The notes: a model not told the origin generated them from the letters alone. DNA of 29,973 nt from an uncultured Candidatus Saccharibacteria bacterium (GCA_964432405.1 CAYSNH010000005.1:1-29973); one strand, 5' to 3'. Positions 15,761-25,318 are shown, counted from the stretch's first letter. Made by a program: numbers and translations.

Positions 15761-17422
15761 ATGACAAATGTTACGGATCAAATTAAAGAGAAGATAGATA
15801 TCGCTGAGTTTTTGAAAGAATATATTCAACTAACTCCAGCAGGGCGGAATTTTAAGGCTCTCTGTCCTTTTCACAAAGAAAGTAATCCTTCTTTTGTTAT
15901 CTCTCCTGATCGTCAAACTTGGTATTGTTTTGGTGGCTGTAACGATGGAGGTGATATCTTCAAGTTTTTAATGAAGTTTGAAAATCTAGAATTTTACGAG
16001 GCCTTAAAGATATTGGCGGAAAAAGCTGGTGTTGATTTTCGTCGCAATCCTAATACAGCTAATGACTATAAACAGTTCGGCGTCATCTATGACATTAACA
16101 GCTCAGCTAAAGATTTTTTTAGAAAGAATTTTACCAAAGAATCTGGCGAATATCTTCTTGCTCGTGGTTTAAATAAAGATACGATTATGGAATTTGAATT
16201 AGGCTTTGCTCCTCCAGGATCTGATAACTTATTGCGCCACCTTACCAGTCTCGGTTTTGCTGCTAATGATATTGAGCGAGCTGGGTTGGTTTTTAAAACA
16301 GATAGAGGAACTTACTGGGATCGTTTTCGTCAACGAATAATGTTCCCTATATTTAGTAGCTTTGGTAAGACGGTTGGCTTTACCGGTCGTATTTTTGAAA
16401 TGGGCGAAGCCGATCCTAAGATAGCTAAATATATCAACTCTCCAGAAACTCCTATCTTTAATAAGTCTCGCCTACTCTACGGCCTACACAAAAGTAAGAG
16501 CGAGATTCGCAAGCAGGATTTAGCTTTATTGGTTGAGGGTCAAATGGATGTGCTGATGTCTTATCAAGATGGAGTTAAAAATGTAGTGGCCTCTTCAGGA
16601 ACAGCTCTTGGTAATGATCAGCTAAAGACCTTGAGACGTATTAGTAGTCAGTTGGTCTTGAGTTTTGATAGTGATGAGGCCGGTCAGTTAGCAGCTGAAA
16701 GAAGTATTGATCTAGCTTTGGCACAAGATTTTTTAGTGCGCATTATTAAAGTTCCTGGCGAAAAAGATCCAGCTGATTTTATTAAAGCTCAAGCAGGTGC
16801 AATGAGTCGGTTAGTTGAGGAGGCTAAGCCCGTTCGCCATTTTTATTTCCATCGCTATTTATCACCACAAGTTCTCACTAGTGAGGCGGCAAGAAAAAAT
16901 AATACGCGTCACGTCCTTACCAAAATTAAAAGTATTTTTAGTAGGGTGGAGCAATCAATATGGCTCAAAGAATTATCAGGCATAACCGGCGTTAAAGAAG
17001 ACGTCCTATATGAAGAGTTGGAAAGGATTCCTAGTCAGAAGGCGAGCTTCGTTAATCAGCCAGCTCAATCTATTCCAGTTGCTCAGCCGGAAAGTTGGAG
17101 TCGTCGAGATCTTATAGCTCAAAGAGTTGTTGATTTGGGTGGTAAGGTGCCTGAGGATTTTCAATTTCAATCCTCTGATCAGCTAGCTCTTAAGGCTAGT
17201 TTAGAAAATAGTAATATTGATCCTGAAAACAAGGAAGAGGAACTAGCTAAGCTAATCACCCAGCTAAAAATATCAGGACTTAAAAATAAGCGACGATTAT
17301 TACAATTAGCCATTGCTCAGGCTGAAAAACAAGGTGATGAAAAAGCCTTAATAGAAGCCTTAAAAGAGTTTGACATTTTGAACAAGGAATTTTACAATAT
17401 CACCAATGGCAAAAACAGCTAA
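15761..17422 (+). CDS. dnaG: DNA primase, 553 aa
   Basis: CHC2 zinc ribbon [28 protein letters not shown] polymerase core, and TOPRIM motifs LVEGQMDVL and SFDSDEAG. Overlaps the rpoD start by 17 nt. Confidence 0.93.
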   Translation: MTNVTDQIKEKIDIAEFLKEYIQLTPAGRNFKALCPFHKESNPSFVISPDRQTWYCFGGCNDGGDIFKFLMKFENLEFYEALKILAEKAGVDFRRNPNTANDYKQFGVIYDINSSAKDFFRKNFTKESGEYLLARGLNKDTIMEFELGFAPPGSDNLLRHLTSLGFAANDIERAGLVFKTDRGTYWDRFRQRIMFPIFSSFGKTVGFTGRIFEMGEADPKIAKYINSPETPIFNKSRLLYGLHKSKSEIRKQDLALLVEGQMDVLMSYQDGVKNVVASSGTALGNDQLKTLRRISSQLVLSFDSDEAGQLAAERSIDLALAQDFLVRIIKVPGEKDPADFIKAQAGAMSRLVEEAKPVRHFYFHRYLSPQVLTSEAARKNNTRHVLTKIKSIFSRVEQSIWLKELSGITGVKEDVLYEELERIPSQKASFVNQPAQSIPVAQPESWSRRDLIAQRVVDLGGKVPEDFQFQSSDQLALKASLENSNIDPENKEEELAKLITQLKISGLKNKRRLLQLAIAQAEKQGDEKALIEALKEFDILNKEFYNITNGKNS

Positions 17423-18683
17423 GAAGGCTGATAGCAAGAAAAAAGCTACCAAAAAAGTTACTAAGAAGGTAACAAAAAAGGTGGTCAAAAAGAAAAAAGT
17501 TGTTGCTAAGACTACCCGTAAAGCTAAATCTGCTAGTAAGGCCAAAGCTACTCCTAAAAAGAAAGCTCCGAAAAAGAAGGTTACCAGAAGTCGTCGTAGT
17601 AAGGCGAAGCAGGAGCTTGGTCTCGCACAACTGGCTGATCTTGTAAAAAGAGGTCGTAGTCGTGGTTTTGTTACGGACACAGAAGTCCTTCATCACTTCC
17701 CTAATTTAGAGGAAGATTTAGCGTTTTTAGAAGAAGTTTATGCTGAGCTAGATAATAATAATATTAAGGTTGTTGAAACCAGTCAGTTAATTGAAGTCCC
17801 TAAAGATGATGAGATCAGTCTGGCAGAGCTTGATGATCAGCGTTTGGCTGTCGGCCTACCAGACGCGGTTCAGGTTTATTTAAAGGAAATTGGTAAGGCT
17901 TCCTTGCTAACCAAAGAAGAGGAAAAGGATTTAGCCAAGAGAATTGAGAGTGGCGATGAACAAGCTCGAAGAGATTTTATTAAAGCCAACTTACGTCTAG
18001 TAGTTTCTATTGCTAAAAGATATGTTAATCGTAGTCCTAACCTTGGTATTTTAGATTTAATTCAGGAGGGTAATATTGGTCTTTCTCGAGCGGTTGATAA
18101 GTTTGATTATCGACGAGGATTTAAATTTTCAACTTACGCCCACTGGTGGATTCGTCAGGCCATTACCCGTGCTTTAGCTGATCAGTCTCGAACTATTAGA
18201 ATACCAGTTCACATGGTAGAGACCATTTCCAAATATACCCAAGCTAAAAGACGTCTTTTCCAAGAGCTTGGTCGCGAGCCTTTGCCCGAAGAGATTGCTT
18301 TGGAGATAGACTTGCCGGTAGAGAAGATTCATCATATTCAAAAAATCTCTCAGGATGTAATCTCTTTGGAATCACCATTAGGTGATAAAGATGAAGATTC
18401 AACTCTTTCAGAATTCATTCCTGATGAGCGAAGTTTAACACCAGCTCAGTCTGCTACCCAGGCTCTTTTACGAGATAAGATTAAGGAGATCTTGGTTGAT
18501 CTTACCCCTAGAGAGCAAAAAATTCTTAAAATGCGCTTTGGTTTAGAAGATGGCATTACTCACACCTTAGAAGAAGTGGGGAAGGTGTTTAGTGTAACTC
18601 GAGAACGTATTCGTCAGATCGAAGCTAAAGCCTTAGTTCGCATCAAGAGTCATGATAAGGCTCATACTCTTGAGGGCTACTAA
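17406..18683 (+). CDS. rpoD: primary-type RNA polymerase sigma factor with a lysine-rich N-terminal extension, 425 aa
   Basis: Region 1.2 VQVYLKEIG; region 2 [41 protein letters not shown]; region 3 IRIPVHMVE; region 4 [23 protein letters not shown]. The first 68 or so aa are K/A/T/V low complexity. Conserved dnaG-rpoD order. Confidence 0.93.
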   Translation: MAKTAKKADSKKKATKKVTKKVTKKVVKKKKVVAKTTRKAKSASKAKATPKKKAPKKKVTRSRRSKAKQELGLAQLADLVKRGRSRGFVTDTEVLHHFPNLEEDLAFLEEVYAELDNNNIKVVETSQLIEVPKDDEISLAELDDQRLAVGLPDAVQVYLKEIGKASLLTKEEEKDLAKRIESGDEQARRDFIKANLRLVVSIAKRYVNRSPNLGILDLIQEGNIGLSRAVDKFDYRRGFKFSTYAHWWIRQAITRALADQSRTIRIPVHMVETISKYTQAKRRLFQELGREPLPEEIALEIDLPVEKIHHIQKISQDVISLESPLGDKDEDSTLSEFIPDERSLTPAQSATQALLRDKIKEILVDLTPREQKILKMRFGLEDGITHTLEEVGKVFSVTRERIRQIEAKALVRIKSHDKAHTLEGY

Positions 18684-18725
18684 ATCCTAGTCAAAAGGGG
18701 TTAATTATGCTATTGTAATCCAACT

Positions 18726-20033
18726 ATGAAAAAAGCGATAAAACCAGCGCTATTTTTTCTTTTAGTTACTATCATCACCAGCAGCAGTGTGCTCTGGTCC
18801 TCTCTTCACGCTACTAACCTAGGCGTTGACTTAGGAGTTGAAAACCCTGGTCTATTGCCCAGCAACCCATTTTATTTTGTTAAAGAATGGTCTCGTGGAG
18901 TAAGGATGTCTTTAACTTTTGACCTTGAAAATAAGGTTGAATTAGAGATCTTAACTTTAAATCACCGAGCGGCTGAGATTAGTAAGCTGGTTAGAATTAT
19001 TCCTGGCAACACCATTGCTATTAATGAAGCTACCAAAAAATACAATTCTAATCTTAATAATCTAATTAGTCAGTTTAAAGATCTTTCTGGTAAAAAAATT
19101 AAAAGCTCAGAGCTTAATAAGGTAGTAATTAATTCAATTAAACACACACAACTGTTTAATAATCTTCAAATACAATTAAGTGATAAAAGATTAAAAAGTG
19201 TTGATTCGGCAATTAATGATACTGCCAAGCTATTGTCTATTGCTATTGATAGCTATAAAAATCCAGAAGAGCTACGCAAACAAGTCATCAAGTTGAAAGA
19301 AAATCAGAAAAACAATAATCAGATAATTCAGTTAATAGAAGCCTTGGATAAAGCAGAGGATAGCATGGTTAGTAATCAGAAGATTCAGATTAATCGTGCT
19401 AAAGAGGACTTGTTAGTAGATCTTATTTCTCAAATTAAATTTAATAAAATAGACAGCGAGAGTTTAAAGGAGATTCCTGGAAACTTTGTTACCCGTCTAA
19501 AAGTTTTTGATGAGATTAGGTATAAGATAGATGACGCGGATCTTAAATCTCAAATTAGTAAGGTGAGACAGAGTATTATAGAGCAAGCTGTTACTGATGA
19601 ATTAATCACAGAAAATCTTGCTCAACAAACTTATGAAACTTCTAAAAAACTAGCTTATGATATTAGAGCTCTCAAAAGAACTGGTGCCCAGGTACAGTTC
19701 TACCTTGGCCAGGCTAATAAATCTTTTTCTGAAAAAGAATATGTAGCTGCTTTGGGACAGTCTTCTATGGCCGCTGCCGCTACAAAAAACAACTGGCGTT
19801 ACTTAAAAAACGTTCCCGCTTACTACCAATCAGAGTTAGAGTTATTAAAAATCTCTTACGACAAATTAGTTAAAAATAAAAAAACTGCTAAGAGACTAGT
19901 AATAGCTGAAGAAAAAATTATTGATTTATCGGACCTCGTTAAAGGAGGAAGGTTAAGGTCTGCTAATAGTAAAACAGAGCGTCTTATCTTCGATATCAAG
20001 TTGCTGTTATCAGAAATTCGTTATAGTTTATAG
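18726..20033 (+). CDS. secreted or membrane-anchored helical protein, DUF5667-like N-terminus, 435 aa
   Basis: N-terminal signal/anchor (ALFFLLVTIITSSSVLW), then NPGLLPSNPFYFVKEWSRGVRMSLTF. From memory this matches the PGSPFYFLK-type motif of DUF5667. The rest is long K/E/N/Q-rich helical sequence. Confidence 0.6.
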   Translation: MKKAIKPALFFLLVTIITSSSVLWSSLHATNLGVDLGVENPGLLPSNPFYFVKEWSRGVRMSLTFDLENKVELEILTLNHRAAEISKLVRIIPGNTIAINEATKKYNSNLNNLISQFKDLSGKKIKSSELNKVVINSIKHTQLFNNLQIQLSDKRLKSVDSAINDTAKLLSIAIDSYKNPEELRKQVIKLKENQKNNNQIIQLIEALDKAEDSMVSNQKIQINRAKEDLLVDLISQIKFNKIDSESLKEIPGNFVTRLKVFDEIRYKIDDADLKSQISKVRQSIIEQAVTDELITENLAQQTYETSKKLAYDIRALKRTGAQVQFYLGQANKSFSEKEYVAALGQSSMAAAATKNNWRYLKNVPAYYQSELELLKISYDKLVKNKKTAKRLVIAEEKIIDLSDLVKGGRLRSANSKTERLIFDIKLLLSEIRYSL

Positions 20034-20036
20034 AGT

Positions 20037-21767
20037 ATGACTACCGCAGATACTAAAGAAAAATTTTTAAACTTTTTTAAAGCTAAAGAGCATAAAATAA
20101 TTCCTTCTTCTTCTTTATTATCTGACGATCCCTCCGTCTTATTAACTACCGCTGGCGTTCAACAATTTAAATCATATTATACTGGAGATTCAGATCCTGA
20201 AAAAGATTTTGATTCTCGACGAGTAGCTTCTGCTCAGAAATGTTTTAGAACCACCGACATTGACGAGGTTGGTGATGAGACTCATCTAACTTTCTTTGAA
20301 ATGTTGGGTAATTTTTCTTTTGCTGATTATGGTAAAGAGGAGGCTATCAAGTTGGGTTATGAATTTATCACTCAAGAACTAGGGATAGCTAAAGATCGTC
20401 TGACAGTCACCGTTTTTGAGGGGAAGAATGAGGTGCCTCGTGATGAGGAGTCTTATCGTATCTGGAACGAGGTTGTTGGCTTGCCAGAAGATAAGATAGA
20501 ATACGCTCTCTGGGATAACTTCTGGGGCCCTACAGGCAACAAGGGGCCTTGTGGACCAACTACCGAAATCTACGTTGACGGCATAGAGATCTGGAATATT
20601 GTTTTTAATGAATATGTCTGTGAGGGGAGTAGAGATGATCTTTTGGCTGGTAAGGCTCAATTAAACAAATTAGCTAAGCCAGGTGTTGATACTGGTATGG
20701 GCTTGGAAAGATTAGCGGCCATTCTATCTGGCGTTAAGAATGTTTATGAAACAGATCTCTTCAGCTCCATCATTGATGCCCTACCAGAAGATTTATCAAT
20801 CGAGAGCAAAAGAGTTCTAGCTGATCACGGCAGAGGAATTTCTTTTCTAATTTCTGATGGGGTCACTCCTTCTAATAAAGAGGCGGGTTATATACTGCGT
20901 CGATTAATTAGAAGAATCATTACCAAAGCTCCAGAATATGATTTTTCTCAATTATTAAACAAGGTAGTTAAATTATATAGTCCTGATTATTCTAATCTTG
21001 ATCGAGAAAAAATATGGAAGGTTTTTGATGAGGAATCAAAGAAGTTTAAAAAAACTTTAGCTAAGGGCATTAGAGAGTTGAGTAAATTAGAGACGATCGA
21101 TGCTCCATCAGCTTTCAAGCTTTATGAGAGCTTCGGCCTGCCTTATGAGGTTATTAAAGATTTGGGCGGCCAAAAAGCTTCCAAGCTTAAACAAAAAGAT
21201 TTTGATAAAGAATTTGCCAAACATCAGGAGATTTCTAGAGCGGGTCAAGAAAAGAAGTTTGGTGGCCACGGCTTATTATTAGACACTGGAGAGCTAAAAG
21301 CTGGAAGTGAGGATGAGATAAAGCAGGTAACTCGTTTGCATACAGCTACCCACCTGTTACAACAATCTCTACGAGACGTCTTAGGTGATGAGGTTAAGCA
21401 AAAAGGTTCTGATATCACTACCAAAAGAACTCGCTTCGATTTTTCTTTTTCTCGGAAATTAGATGCCAATGAACTGGAGCAGATAGAAAAGATTATCAAT
21501 GAAAAGATTGAGGCAGCCTTACCAGTTGGTTATGAAGAGCTGCCACTTAGTGAAGCTAAAGAAACCGGTGCTCTATATTATTTTAAGGAGAAGTATCCTG
21601 ATCCGGTTAAAGTCTATTACGTTGGCCCCTCATTGGAAGACGCGTATAGTAAAGAGTTTTGTGGTGGTCCTCACGTGACTAATACAAAAGAAATAGGTAG
21701 ATTTAAAATAATTAAAGAGGAGAGTGTAGGAGCAGGCATACGACGTATTCGTGGTGTACTAGAATAA
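20037..21767 (+). CDS. alaS: alanine--tRNA ligase, compact form lacking the C-Ala domain, 576 aa
   Basis: Class II core (QKCFRTTDIDEVGDETHLTFFEMLGNFSF, GPCGPTTEIY, DTGMGLERLAAIL) plus editing-domain Zn motifs HTATHLL and CGGPHV. The protein ends right after ...GAGIRRIRGV. Confidence 0.92.
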   Translation: MTTADTKEKFLNFFKAKEHKIIPSSSLLSDDPSVLLTTAGVQQFKSYYTGDSDPEKDFDSRRVASAQKCFRTTDIDEVGDETHLTFFEMLGNFSFADYGKEEAIKLGYEFITQELGIAKDRLTVTVFEGKNEVPRDEESYRIWNEVVGLPEDKIEYALWDNFWGPTGNKGPCGPTTEIYVDGIEIWNIVFNEYVCEGSRDDLLAGKAQLNKLAKPGVDTGMGLERLAAILSGVKNVYETDLFSSIIDALPEDLSIESKRVLADHGRGISFLISDGVTPSNKEAGYILRRLIRRIITKAPEYDFSQLLNKVVKLYSPDYSNLDREKIWKVFDEESKKFKKTLAKGIRELSKLETIDAPSAFKLYESFGLPYEVIKDLGGQKASKLKQKDFDKEFAKHQEISRAGQEKKFGGHGLLLDTGELKAGSEDEIKQVTRLHTATHLLQQSLRDVLGDEVKQKGSDITTKRTRFDFSFSRKLDANELEQIEKIINEKIEAALPVGYEELPLSEAKETGALYYFKEKYPDPVKVYYVGPSLEDAYSKEFCGGPHVTNTKEIGRFKIIKEESVGAGIRRIRGVLE

Positions 21768-21795
21768 ACAACCTCCTCAACCTTATACTATTAAA

Positions 21796-22935
21796 GTGAA
21801 ACGGTTTAAAAAAAATAAAACCAGTGGCTTTTTGGTCATCGAAGTCTTGCCTTCCTGTTATCAAATTAGCTTACTCTACCATTACCCTAAAAAAAACGAA
21901 CTAGAGGTTAATAAAGCCTGGCCATTTGATAATCTGGAGGAATTAAGAAAAAAACTAAGATCTTTTTCTAATACGAACCATTCTATCATTTTAAGCCTGT
22001 CTCCAGATCTTGCTCAAACTACTTATTCCTATCACCAATTTACCCGTCGTGATCCCCATCAATCTATTGATGAAACGGAGTTAGAGGGATTTATTTCTCA
22101 GTTGGTTTGGCGTTTTGTTAATCAGGGTAGTAGCTATGGTTTAACATTGAGTCAGTTTCATATTCGTCATTTTACTATCGACGGTCATAAAGTTACCGAG
22201 CCAATCGGCTTGACTGGTAAAGAAGTGAAGATTCATTTTAGTAAGACGTTAGCTCAAACCAATTTCTTGAATGATCTCAAAAGCATATTGCCAGCAGATA
22301 AGGTTGTTATCGTTAGTGAGGCTGGCGCCTTATGGACTAACGTCATTACCCGCTCTCTAGTTGGTGATAAGAGTAGTCATCCAAAGAAAATAGAGCCTTT
22401 TATTTGTATGCCAGTTTTTTATGACTCAGCACCAGTCTACTCATTCAATGATGAGACGGTCGCCCCTATCAAGGTGATTAGCTGGGGTGAGAAGAATCTT
22501 TTGTCTGTATTATTTGGCAATCTTGCTGTTAATCAGGCAACTGCTAGAAAGATTCTTCAGCAATATTGTGAGCAGAACATCTCTACCTCTTTAGCTAAGA
22601 AGTTTGCTACTTTTTGGCAGCATGATTTTAAAAGCCTTTCTCAACAATTAGAAAAGATAATGATTAAAGAAAAGGCTACCCAACTTTATCTGCTAGCTTT
22701 TTCCGCTTTGCCCTTCAATCATATAAAGCTAAAAAGATCTTTTAACTATCAGGTTGTTGATAACAGTTTTATTAGCCAAAAATTAGGTTATAAGTTAAAA
22801 TTTCATAAAGAGGCTAAAATGGCTAATGATTTTTCAGTCGTTGCTTCTCTTGCTGAGTTTTTATCTTTATCAATAGATAACTTGCCCAACAAGATAGCCA
22901 ATAGACGTTTACGTTGGTATGAAAAAGGTAGTTAA
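21796..22935 (+). CDS. hypothetical protein, 379 aa, possibly a degenerate FtsA/PilM-like actin-fold protein
   Basis: GTG start with no in-frame ATG nearby. The segment FHIRHFTIDGHKVTEPIGLTGKEVKIHFSKTLAQTNFLNDLKSIL...VVIVSEAGALW parallels the FtsA core, but glycine-rich phosphate loops are absent. The functional call is from memory-based pattern matching only. Confidence 0.5.
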   Translation: MKRFKKNKTSGFLVIEVLPSCYQISLLYHYPKKNELEVNKAWPFDNLEELRKKLRSFSNTNHSIILSLSPDLAQTTYSYHQFTRRDPHQSIDETELEGFISQLVWRFVNQGSSYGLTLSQFHIRHFTIDGHKVTEPIGLTGKEVKIHFSKTLAQTNFLNDLKSILPADKVVIVSEAGALWTNVITRSLVGDKSSHPKKIEPFICMPVFYDSAPVYSFNDETVAPIKVISWGEKNLLSVLFGNLAVNQATARKILQQYCEQNISTSLAKKFATFWQHDFKSLSQQLEKIMIKEKATQLYLLAFSALPFNHIKLKRSFNYQVVDNSFISQKLGYKLKFHKEAKMANDFSVVASLAEFLSLSIDNLPNKIANRRLRWYEKGS

Positions 22936-24547
22936 AATTAACATTAAAAAAACCGAAGAATTGCCAGTCATTGCAGAACAGGTTTTTTCTGCTGATGCTG
23001 ACGAGGTTGTTTTAGTTGTTCCAAAATTCTCCAAATTGGCTGAATCAATTGATAACTTTAAATTTCTTAAAGGAGGATTTACTAACAACAACAAAGCCTT
23101 AAGTTTTGAGTCTGTTGATGACAAGGTTATTGATCTGGCGACCCAGGTTGGTTTTGCAGCTGAAAATCCATTTTTTGCTAAGGCTCCTGAGTCTTTAGAT
23201 CTTAATATCGATAATAAAAAGGTAAAAGATGAGGTTCCAGTTAGTCCATCGGCTGAAGAGCCAGTGGAGCCTGATGATGAGAAGGCTGATGACTTGGAAG
23301 AAAGTATTAATAAAAGTGAAAATAAAGCCCACGAGGTTTTCAAAGAGGTTGAGCAGGAGTTAGATAGAGATTTTGATCCAGGCCCCAAGAAGATTCGTCT
23401 CCCTTCTTCTCGCAAGCTTGGCCTGGCACCGATCTTAGCCGTCTTCTTGATTGGTATTGGTGTTTGGACATCTATGAAAATACTGCCTCAGGCTGATGTT
23501 AAGATTATTACCAAAAAAACTCCTTGGGATTTTAAAGGAGAGGTGGTTATTGATAAGAGAGCGGTGGTTAGTGATCTTCAGGATCTTAAAATCCCTGGAC
23601 AGATTTTTACTCAACGTAAAAATGGTGAGTTAAGATTTGCCGCTACAGAAAAGAAGATGGTTAAAAGAAAGGCGACTGGTAAGGTTACTATATACAACAA
23701 TCACAGCACTAAGCCACAGCAATTGGTGGCCACTACTCGTTTTCAGACTGATGAAGGGAAGGTGTTTAGAATTAATAAGGGTGTGATAGTTCCTGGTACA
23801 AAAAAGGTGGGTGGCAAGTTGGTTCCTGGATCTATTAGTACCGCTATTACCGCAGATAAACCAGGAGAATCTTATAACGTTGGACCTATAAGAAAACTTA
23901 GTATCCCGGGCTTTAAGGGTTCACCTGATAAGTACGCAGGTTTTTATGGTGAGTTTAAAGAACCTCTTAGCGGTGGTTTTGTTGGTAACTCCTACCTACC
24001 TAATGAAAAAGATCTGGCTGCTGGCAAGAAGAAAAGCGTGGCCGCTCTTAAAAGCTCCTTAGAAATGACTCTTAAATCTCAGGTACCAGAAGATTTTAAA
24101 GTTCTTGAAGGTGCTACTCAAGTAGCTATAGTTAAAGAAAAATTAGGTACCGAAGTTGATGAGAATAATAAGTTTCCAGTCTTTACCGAGATAGAAGCTT
24201 CTGTAATGGGTTTTCGTGAAAAAGATCTATTAGCTGCCTTAAAGTATCAGCTAGCTCAAGATGTGGGTAAGGAGTATAGTATCAAATCTTATAATATAGA
24301 CTACGATCTCAAAAAAGCTGATTTGGATAGTAACAAGTTGTTTTTAGATATTGATTTCTCAGCAGTGTTAATTAAGCCAATTAATGAAAAGAAATTACGT
24401 CAACAAATAGTGGGTAAGTCGGAGTCAGATCTTAAGGCTTCTATCTTTGGTTTACCAGGCTTAGAAAATGCTCAAGTCTCTCTCTGGCCATTCTGGGTCA
24501 GCAAGGTGCCTCAAAAGCAAAGCAAGATAAAAATTAGCATTGACTAA
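22919..24547 (+). CDS. hypothetical bitopic membrane protein, 542 aa
   Basis: ATG overlaps the upstream ORF by 17 nt. Layout: N-terminal domain of about 90 aa, an acidic linker (EEPVEPDDEKADDLEE), one TM helix (LAPILAVFLIGIGVWTSMKIL, about aa 168-188), then a large beta-rich extracytoplasmic region. The segments KATGKVTIYNN and TTRFQTDEGKVFRI recall CPR proteins annotated baseplate-J-like, with low certainty. Confidence 0.7.
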   Translation: MKKVVKINIKKTEELPVIAEQVFSADADEVVLVVPKFSKLAESIDNFKFLKGGFTNNNKALSFESVDDKVIDLATQVGFAAENPFFAKAPESLDLNIDNKKVKDEVPVSPSAEEPVEPDDEKADDLEESINKSENKAHEVFKEVEQELDRDFDPGPKKIRLPSSRKLGLAPILAVFLIGIGVWTSMKILPQADVKIITKKTPWDFKGEVVIDKRAVVSDLQDLKIPGQIFTQRKNGELRFAATEKKMVKRKATGKVTIYNNHSTKPQQLVATTRFQTDEGKVFRINKGVIVPGTKKVGGKLVPGSISTAITADKPGESYNVGPIRKLSIPGFKGSPDKYAGFYGEFKEPLSGGFVGNSYLPNEKDLAAGKKKSVAALKSSLEMTLKSQVPEDFKVLEGATQVAIVKEKLGTEVDENNKFPVFTEIEASVMGFREKDLLAALKYQLAQDVGKEYSIKSYNIDYDLKKADLDSNKLFLDIDFSAVLIKPINEKKLRQQIVGKSESDLKASIFGLPGLENAQVSLWPFWVSKVPQKQSKIKISID

Positions 24548-24569
24548 TTTTGAAAAACCATGCTACTAT
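24540..24569 (+). promoter_or_regulatory. putative promoter for the infA-led ribosomal protein/rpoA operon (TTGACT-18 nt-TACTAT)
   Basis: TTGACT at 24540-24545 overlaps the stop of the upstream gene. TACTAT lies at 24564-24569. A 13-nt A/T-rich leader without an SD runs to the infA ATG. Confidence 0.3.
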
Positions 24570-24582
24570 GTTTTTGTTATAA

Positions 24583-24801
24583 ATGAGCAATGATAAGTCT
24601 GTCATTCGGGTTGAGGGCAGTGTCGAAGAGAATCTTCCGGGAACTAACTTTCGAGTTAAATTAGAGGATGGTCGTTCCATCTTAGCTTATCTATCTGGTA
24701 AAATGCGTAAGTATTATATTAAGATAGTTCCAGGTGATAAGGTTCAAATCGAGCTAACCCCTTACGATCCTAATAGGGGTCGAATTACCCGTAGACTATA
24801 A
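24583..24801 (+). CDS. infA: translation initiation factor IF-1, 72 aa
   Basis: S1-like OB-fold sequence [64 protein letters not shown]. Confidence 0.95.
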   Translation: MSNDKSVIRVEGSVEENLPGTNFRVKLEDGRSILAYLSGKMRKYYIKIVPGDKVQIELTPYDPNRGRITRRL

Positions 24802-24808
24802 TACAATT

Positions 24809-24925
24809 ATGAAAGTTCGTGCTTCAGTAAAAAAGATTTGCAATGACTGCCAAGTCGTCCGCCGCCGCGGGCGAGTTCATGTTATCTGCAAAAAGAATCC
24901 TAAGCACAAACAGCGCCAAGGTTAA
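24809..24925 (+). CDS. rpmJ: 50S ribosomal protein L36, 38 aa (too short for the supplied ORF track)
   Basis: Hand translation of 24809-24925 gives [38 protein letters not shown], a canonical L36 with a CxxC...C...H zinc ribbon. It sits in the conserved infA-rpmJ-rpsM position. Confidence 0.93.
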   Translation: MKVRASVKKICNDCQVVRRRGRVHVICKKNPKHKQRQG

Positions 24926-24930
24926 TCACT

Positions 24931-25314
24931 ATGAGAATATTAGGAATCAACATTCCAGACAATAAAAAGATTGAAGTTGCTTTAACTTATATCTACGGCA
25001 TCGGTCCAAATCGAGCTAAAGATATTTTAGTTGGCACAAAAATAGACCCTAACAAAAGGGCTAAATCTTTAGATGCTAGTGAGGTTAATGCTATTAAGGA
25101 GTTTATCGATAAAGCTTACAAGGTAGAGGGTGAGCTTCGTTTAATACTTAGGCAAAACATTAACTTATTAAAAGACATTAAATCCTATCGTGGCACTCGT
25201 CATAACCACCGATTGCCAGCTAGAGGTCAACGAACAAAAACTAATTCTAGAACTATTAGAGGTAACGTTCGTCGTACCGCTGGTAGTGGTAAGAGAAAAG
25301 TTGAATTGAAGTAA
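24931..25314 (+). CDS. rpsM: 30S ribosomal protein S13, 127 aa
   Basis: MRILGINIPDNKKIEVALTYIYGIGPNRAKDIL...IKSYRGTRHNHRLPARGQRTKTNSRT. Confidence 0.95.
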   Translation: MRILGINIPDNKKIEVALTYIYGIGPNRAKDILVGTKIDPNKRAKSLDASEVNAIKEFIDKAYKVEGELRLILRQNINLLKDIKSYRGTRHNHRLPARGQRTKTNSRTIRGNVRRTAGSGKRKVELK

Positions 25315-25318
25315 AGAT

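Noticed and set aside
17360-17696. Two overlapping minus-strand ORFs (106 and 98 aa) encoding very hydrophobic F/L/T-rich peptides.
   Set aside because: They are antisense to the AAG/AAA-rich lysine tract of rpoD. The reverse complement of Lys codons gives Leu/Phe codons, so they are an artefact of low complexity.
22909-23415. 168-aa minus-strand ORF, rich in Ser and Leu.
   Set aside because: It lies entirely antisense to the 5' part of the 542-aa ORF. It has low-complexity composition, no motifs and no independent start context.
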